This document shows, piece by piece, positions 58,426 to 64,000 of a DNA stretch of 64,000 nucleotides; position 1 is the first letter of the stretch, and each line of letters starts with the position of its first letter. The position numbers were made by a program, and so were the translations under genes. The notes beneath the pieces are model-generated. The model did not search any database. It was not told the origin of the DNA and saw only the letters and a list, made by a program, of their open reading frames with translations. Location of the stretch: contig CM022667.1 of the NCBI GenBank assembly GCA_012295275.1, forward strand, positions 12,586,001-12,650,000. Direction: 5' to 3'. Source of the DNA: Chrysomallon squamiferum. Taxonomy: Eukaryota; Animalia; Mollusca.

Positions 58426-61400
58426 CATATGCACCTTTTGTATTAACAAATAATCTAACTAACAAATTTCAAGAAAGCATTGTTTGTCTTTCTTCAGTAA
58501 CTCAAATTTCAATAAAATTTCTGTCTGATATACCAAAGTACTAAAAAGTTCCATATACCTATAATTACTACAGTAAAAAAATGTAATATATTTAAATAAA
58601 TATTTTTAAGATTTCATTTTTTGATTTCAGTGGTTACTTCTAAATGATTAAAGACAATGGTCTAACCATTCCGTAGATATCGATGGTGATCTTGAAACCA
58701 GCCGTGACACCGTTCAGCTTGATGAGGTTGGGGAAATCCAGACTGCCACGCATCATTGGGTCGTGGGTCGACAACATCTGTGTGCATATCACCTGAGCAT
58801 TGTTCTTTATCAGCAGGATGAAGTAGTACACCATGTTGTCTACAAAAAATATATATATGTATAAAAAAAAAAATATTAGTTTTTAAACATTATAAAAGAA
58901 CAAATTTTTATAAATAAATAAATAAACAAACATATACACAGCCTTAATTTCTCCAGCCAAAGCTGATTTTGTAGCTATCACATGCCTCTATGCAGTTAGA
59001 CAAATTACATTTGAGTTACATCAACCTTTGAGGAGGCAAAGTTACTAGCTCTAAAAAAAAATTAAAAACCCATTAATTTTAATTTTAATAAAATGTAAAT
59101 TATTTTATTGTGTGTATTATTAATAGTGATTAACATGTAACAAATTTGATAATGCATGTGCTATACGAAAACTTGGTAAATAAATTGAGAGCCAAACAGA
59201 GTGAAGGTACATGTGTCTGTATTTGTATATGCATGTATGGAAAAATATCTCTTGCAAACACACACGTAAATATATAAAATGAAAATATTAAAGCACTGAC
59301 CATGACCAGTGCCTATCTTTGTGACAAATTCCTTCTTAAGAGGCAGTCTGATGTCACTGATGGTGAGAGAACCTTTAGGACCAGGCCCAGCAGGGTCTAG
59401 ATTCCTTGTTTCCTTTAGTCGGGAGACCTCCACCAGGTATGACTGTCTCTTCTGAGCTGAATATAACAAATGATATAAATTACATCTGAAAACTTTCTAA
59501 TATCTAGTATTTTGAAGATTAATACATACAAGTGTGTTACTGAAATATTTTTTTTTTTTTAAATGTGATTGAGCTTAGGACAGCAGATTTTGATGAATTG
59601 GTAAAAGTTTTATTAAGAATCTCTAAGTAAGTACATTTGTTTGTGTTATTCTGTTATAAATTACTTTTGTAAAGGTTGATAATTTTATTTTTATTTTTAA
59701 TATGAAAATATATATAACCAGGATGCAATAGACAATTGTTTTACATGTTGAGATTTGCCAGTCCTTCAGTTATTATCTTTTGTATCTTTCATTTCTGATA
59801 TAAATACATTTGTAAGAGTTCATTATTTTAGATGATGAGTGCTGCCAGTTTTTCAGTAATTCTCTTTTTTCTAATTCATTTTAATTTAGGAGATAAGTTG
59901 AAAATATGAAACATTCAACAAATGTGGCAAGACAACAAACACCAGTTTAAGTATTACTGTGCTACACTTTGAGTTACTTACTAGCAATAAGAAGCAGTCT
60001 GTTACATTCCACTTGCTCAGCAGAGCCAGCAAAGTACGAGTTACTGGCACAGCACTGCTTTAGAGCATTGCTTGTCTGACAAATCACACTCTGCTCCTGC
60101 TTCACCAGTTCCTGCAACTCCTGTGTAGACAAGACACTTTATATATTACACAATAACCACAGACAGACACATATATAAATATAAAAATATATACAGGAAC
60201 TGGACCAATTATCCAGACTCCTTGGGGCCTGAGGCATTCTGGATTTCTGAATACGTTTTGGTTTTCTGAATCTAAATACGTAAATAATTAGGCATAAACA
60301 TCTTAAAATTAAAAACATAAAAGAAAACTGACATCACACAACTGTGGCGACTCAAGACATAAGCAGTGTGGTGGGTGAATGAACACTATGCAGCTTGAAA
60401 GAGTAGTTCCGGTCTGGTGAGGACAACAGCCACTCATGTAAACTATGAAAATAGCGTCAGGGAAAAAACATCCGGGTTTCTGGTCTTTCGGATTTTTCAG
60501 GATCCAGATAATTGGTCTGGTGGATAATCAGTATAAGTAATAACTGTTATTTAAAGTATAACTAGATTTTAAAATACATACATATTTATTTTTATACCAG
60601 ATTACCAGTCAACTATTTACTCACTCATCCTTTCCCTCTTTTATTTTTAAATTTTTTATTATTCCACTTCTCCCTCTTTTACCTCAATTTTCAGTACCTG
60701 TATTCTCTCATGTAAAGATTTTTTCTCTTCTTGTTCTAGTGGAGCTGTTGGCATCTGAATGTTTTCCTCTTCCACATGCATGTTCGCATATGCACTGTTT
60801 CTCACAATCGACAATTTTGGATTTGGACGATCGTATCTAGAAATTTTAAAATCATATCAAAATAATTTTAGTGACAATGGAAAAAGAGATACCAAAAAAC
60901 ACACTTAGGTCAGAACTCACATCAAGTTGAGACAAAACTTTAAGACCTGTGATCTGTTATTCACTATTCATTTATACAAACCAGATCTAATGTCAGCCTT
61001 CTTGAATGTGTTCTATAATACAGCTGTACTAATTTCTGTACAATTCTGAATCCTTGATTCACCATAATTCTTTGAATGATTTGTAGTATTTGTTTGAAAG
61101 CAGTAAACTAGCAAATGTCTACTTACTTCTTTGATCTGTACATACTGATGCTGTAGATTAGAGGGCTGTTGGATGTGTGTGAACTCTCACTCCTCACTTG
61201 ATGTCTCTGTATGGTTATTAAAATAGAACACATTTAATTTTCTTGAGGTAAAAATGTGTTTTTCTGTCACCACCATTATAGATTTTTATATTCAATTATC
61301 AACTGGTAAATATGTGATTTTTGATAACTGATACTTTCTCTTTTGTTGTTACTGTTACAAGTGGCAGCAAGAATTCTTTTACTTGTGCATCTAAAGCCCT

Positions 61401-63741
61401 TACATGAGTTGACATAGAGGTTTTATTATTAGAATATAAATTATAAAGTACACTCATTAAATGCAAACTAAATTTTAGTCTGAGAATTAATTTGTTTCTC
61501 ATTCAGACACACACACACTCAGAGAGGCAGGGAGAAGGAAAAATAAAATAAAAAATTTACCGGAGCAGGTACAGGATGTTCACTTGAGTCACTGTCCTCT
61601 TCCTCATCCATTGCTTCATCCAGAAGATTGTTTATATCACTGCGGTCATTGTCTTCATCGTCATCTTGAGCCTGTTTCACATACTTAAACTTGTGCTGAA
61701 TCCTCACACTGTAGCATCCTTCACTTTCTGTACTGGATCTGTCCTCCACACGCTGACCTGCCTGGCCTGTGTTTGCGGCCGAGTAATGAGATGGTGGCTG
61801 TCGCCTCAGAGGCTCATCGAAACTGTCCAAGCTGGCGTCAGAAACACGATTCCGTTCAGTGTCGGGTCTCGTCGGAATTATACTTTCACGTCGCACAGAT
61901 GCTGGCACAAAGGCACTCAGACTGACATCATCACCTTCGTCGTATAGTGCAGGTCTGGGAGTTGCTGATGTCGTTGGTCTTCGAGGATAATCAGATTCGC
62001 TCTCCTCCGTGTCACGATCGTCAAATGAGTCTTGAAATTCATCTCTCGACTGGAGATCTGTCGAGTCACCACGGCTTGATGCTGCAGCATCGGAAGTGTC
62101 ATTATCATCAGTGCTTTCAAAACTGTCCTCAAACTGGACTCTTCGCTCCGTTACAGGCTGTCTTCCATCTGTCTGTCCTTCTGGACGCGTGTTCTGCTGG
62201 GAAGATTCTTCTTTCTTTGATATTATTCTGTAGATGCTGTTAGATCGAGATTTCAAACATCCAGATGCAGGAGGTATTGGAGGTTTGGCATTTTGTGATG
62301 ACAGAGAACGTGAAACAGTCGGTGCCTCTGACTTCTGTTGTGTACTAGATGACATTGGTGGAGGAGGAGGGGTGGAGGTGGATTGTTGGTTTCTGCCTGA
62401 TGCTGGTTGAATGACTGTCCACCCTTCTTGAAGTTGAAACTGGCACCATCATCTGAAACGTCAAATCCCATTGCAGCAAGCTTGCGATCAAAATCTAGAT
62501 TTCAAGTTAAATTGAAAAAAACAAACATTTCCAAATGTCACCTTAGAGCAATTATAAAAGTGACAAATATTGTAAATTTAACTTCACCACCATTACCACC
62601 CCATCTAAAAAATAAAGGATTTCCAAACTGATACACTAAATAACCTGATACAAAGTAATTGAATAAAGTTCTGTTTATAGCACAGAAATGGTTGATAAAA
62701 AATTAAAATGAAAACTATACATGTTAGCTTTGAATATATTGATGTCAGACTTTTTACTTTTCTTTTTACTTTTTGATTTTTTTTTAAAATTAAATTATGA
62801 AGGAAATAACTGAAGAAAAATATAATACCTTCTCTTGCTTTAGCTCGGATGATGTCTTTCTTATTAGGAGAGTTTTTCTCTGAATGTTCTAAACTTGCAC
62901 TCTTGGCACCAACTGTCTCCTGCTTAAGTCAAAAATATTTAAATGCTTCATTACAAAATTAAAGGTTCAGTTAAACATATTTTTGCTTAATAATTGTTCA
63001 GTGATAAAATAATAATAACAATAATTGCAGTTGTTTGAAATGGATAATCATGCTATTTTTTTAATGTTTATTTTGTGCTATAAATTCTCACAATGCTGAT
63101 CACTGATGAGATGTAATTAGTATTTTTGTAATTTATACCAGCCAATACTAATACTAATATCTGCTAGGTGAAATAATTTTCCCAAACTGACAGCTATATT
63201 ATGCAATAGTCTCATGTTAATTAATCCCCTCCATCCCTCTCTCTTTTCATAGACCTGAGTAAGTAACACTTACAGGCACAGTTTCTGTCGTGCCAGTCGA
63301 ACTCTCCTCTTTTAGGATGCCGTTCTTCCATCGGTTCTGTATGCACTGTAATTCAGCCATGCGTTCCTGTCGAATCTTGTTCTCTATCTCTTTGCTCTTA
63401 CTGCTGTTATGCGTCTGCTCCATCAGTCGCTGGTGTACAGACTTCATCGAATTGCTGACGTGACTAGGAGACAGAGCAGTTTTTGCTGGCGAGGCTGGCT
63501 TCGTAGGAGACTGTGGCACTCTAGGAGACTTAGGAACAGGAGACTGACCTGATTTCATCAGCTGTATTCTCTCACTGATGTCATCTTTCAGACTCTTTGT
63601 TGGGGTCACACCTTTGGCTGGAGCGACCGTCTTGCTAGGAGTGGGTGTTTTCGGTAAATGAGGTGGCTGTGGCCTGGGTGGGGTCTGCTTGTTGGGAGAC
63701 AAGTTAACAGACGAAGGATCCACTTTCTTGATATGGCTTAC
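55742..63741 (-). CDS. ANLN: Anillin (5' part lies beyond the window); visible exons include ~63741-63272, 62919-62829, 62494-61561, 61206-61127, ~60835-60698, ~60120-59982, ~59455-59300, ~58839-58667, ~58272-58197, ~57794-57685, ~57227-57141, ~56816-56709, 56245-56073, 55868-55742
   Basis: RQERMAEL actin-binding-region motif, [31 protein letters not shown] (anillin homology domain), [15 protein letters not shown] domain [14 protein letters not shown]...CARPNTFE...[12 protein letters not shown]. Apparent 1-nt deletion at 62369-62372. Confidence 0.96.
60194..60522. mobile_element. MITE-like element with imperfect terminal inverted repeats (anillin intron)
   Basis: Left end gaccaattatccagactcc (from ~60203); right end ggatccagataattggtc (~60500-60517); non-coding interior; second partial copy at 41868-42037. 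Confidence 0.68.
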
Positions 63742-64000
63742 CTATGAAAATCAAAATATTTCATAAAAATAACTTACAAAAATGTACATTAAAAACTACA
63801 TCCTTGAAGAGATAAGCTACACAACTATTAGCTGTTTGTATTAATGAAATTGTGATTCACTGTGCATTAAGTCTGCAAAATAGTTGAAACAAAATTATCC
63901 TAATTAAAATTACTGACTGTTAGATAAGTACTTGTTAACTGGTAGCCCTTTTGACATGAGATAAATATTAAGCACTCGAAAAAAATATTAAGTATATGAA

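Overview
AT-rich, microsatellite-laden animal genomic DNA with spliceosomal introns. It is probably a mollusc/gastropod, which I infer from gene style and a SINE-like tail. The left 20 kb is a tandem segmental duplication carrying two beta-tubulin genes on the minus strand. One is an intact, conserved, axonemal-type gene (9975-13523). The other is a rapidly diverging copy that runs off the left edge (<1-2311). Between them lies a small 4-exon gene that the ORF track shows only in fragments (CDS 6812-8332, minus). It encodes a 94-aa secreted, strongly cationic peptide made of two tandem inhibitor-cystine-knot (C-C-CC-C-C) domains, one per exon. This double-knottin gene is the most interesting item in the window. 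Upstream of each tubulin is a degraded multi-exon relic with possible death-fold-like repeats and a 42-bp minisatellite at the duplication edge. The rest is a housekeeping block: CYBA/p22phox (-), PIGN (+), C18orf21/RMP24-like (+), TCAIM (+) and the 3' part of anillin (-). I found three U12-type introns, a two-copy MITE-like repeat, and two single-base homopolymer frameshifts (TCAIM, anillin) that look like assembly errors. All exon structures were read by eye and no database searches were run.
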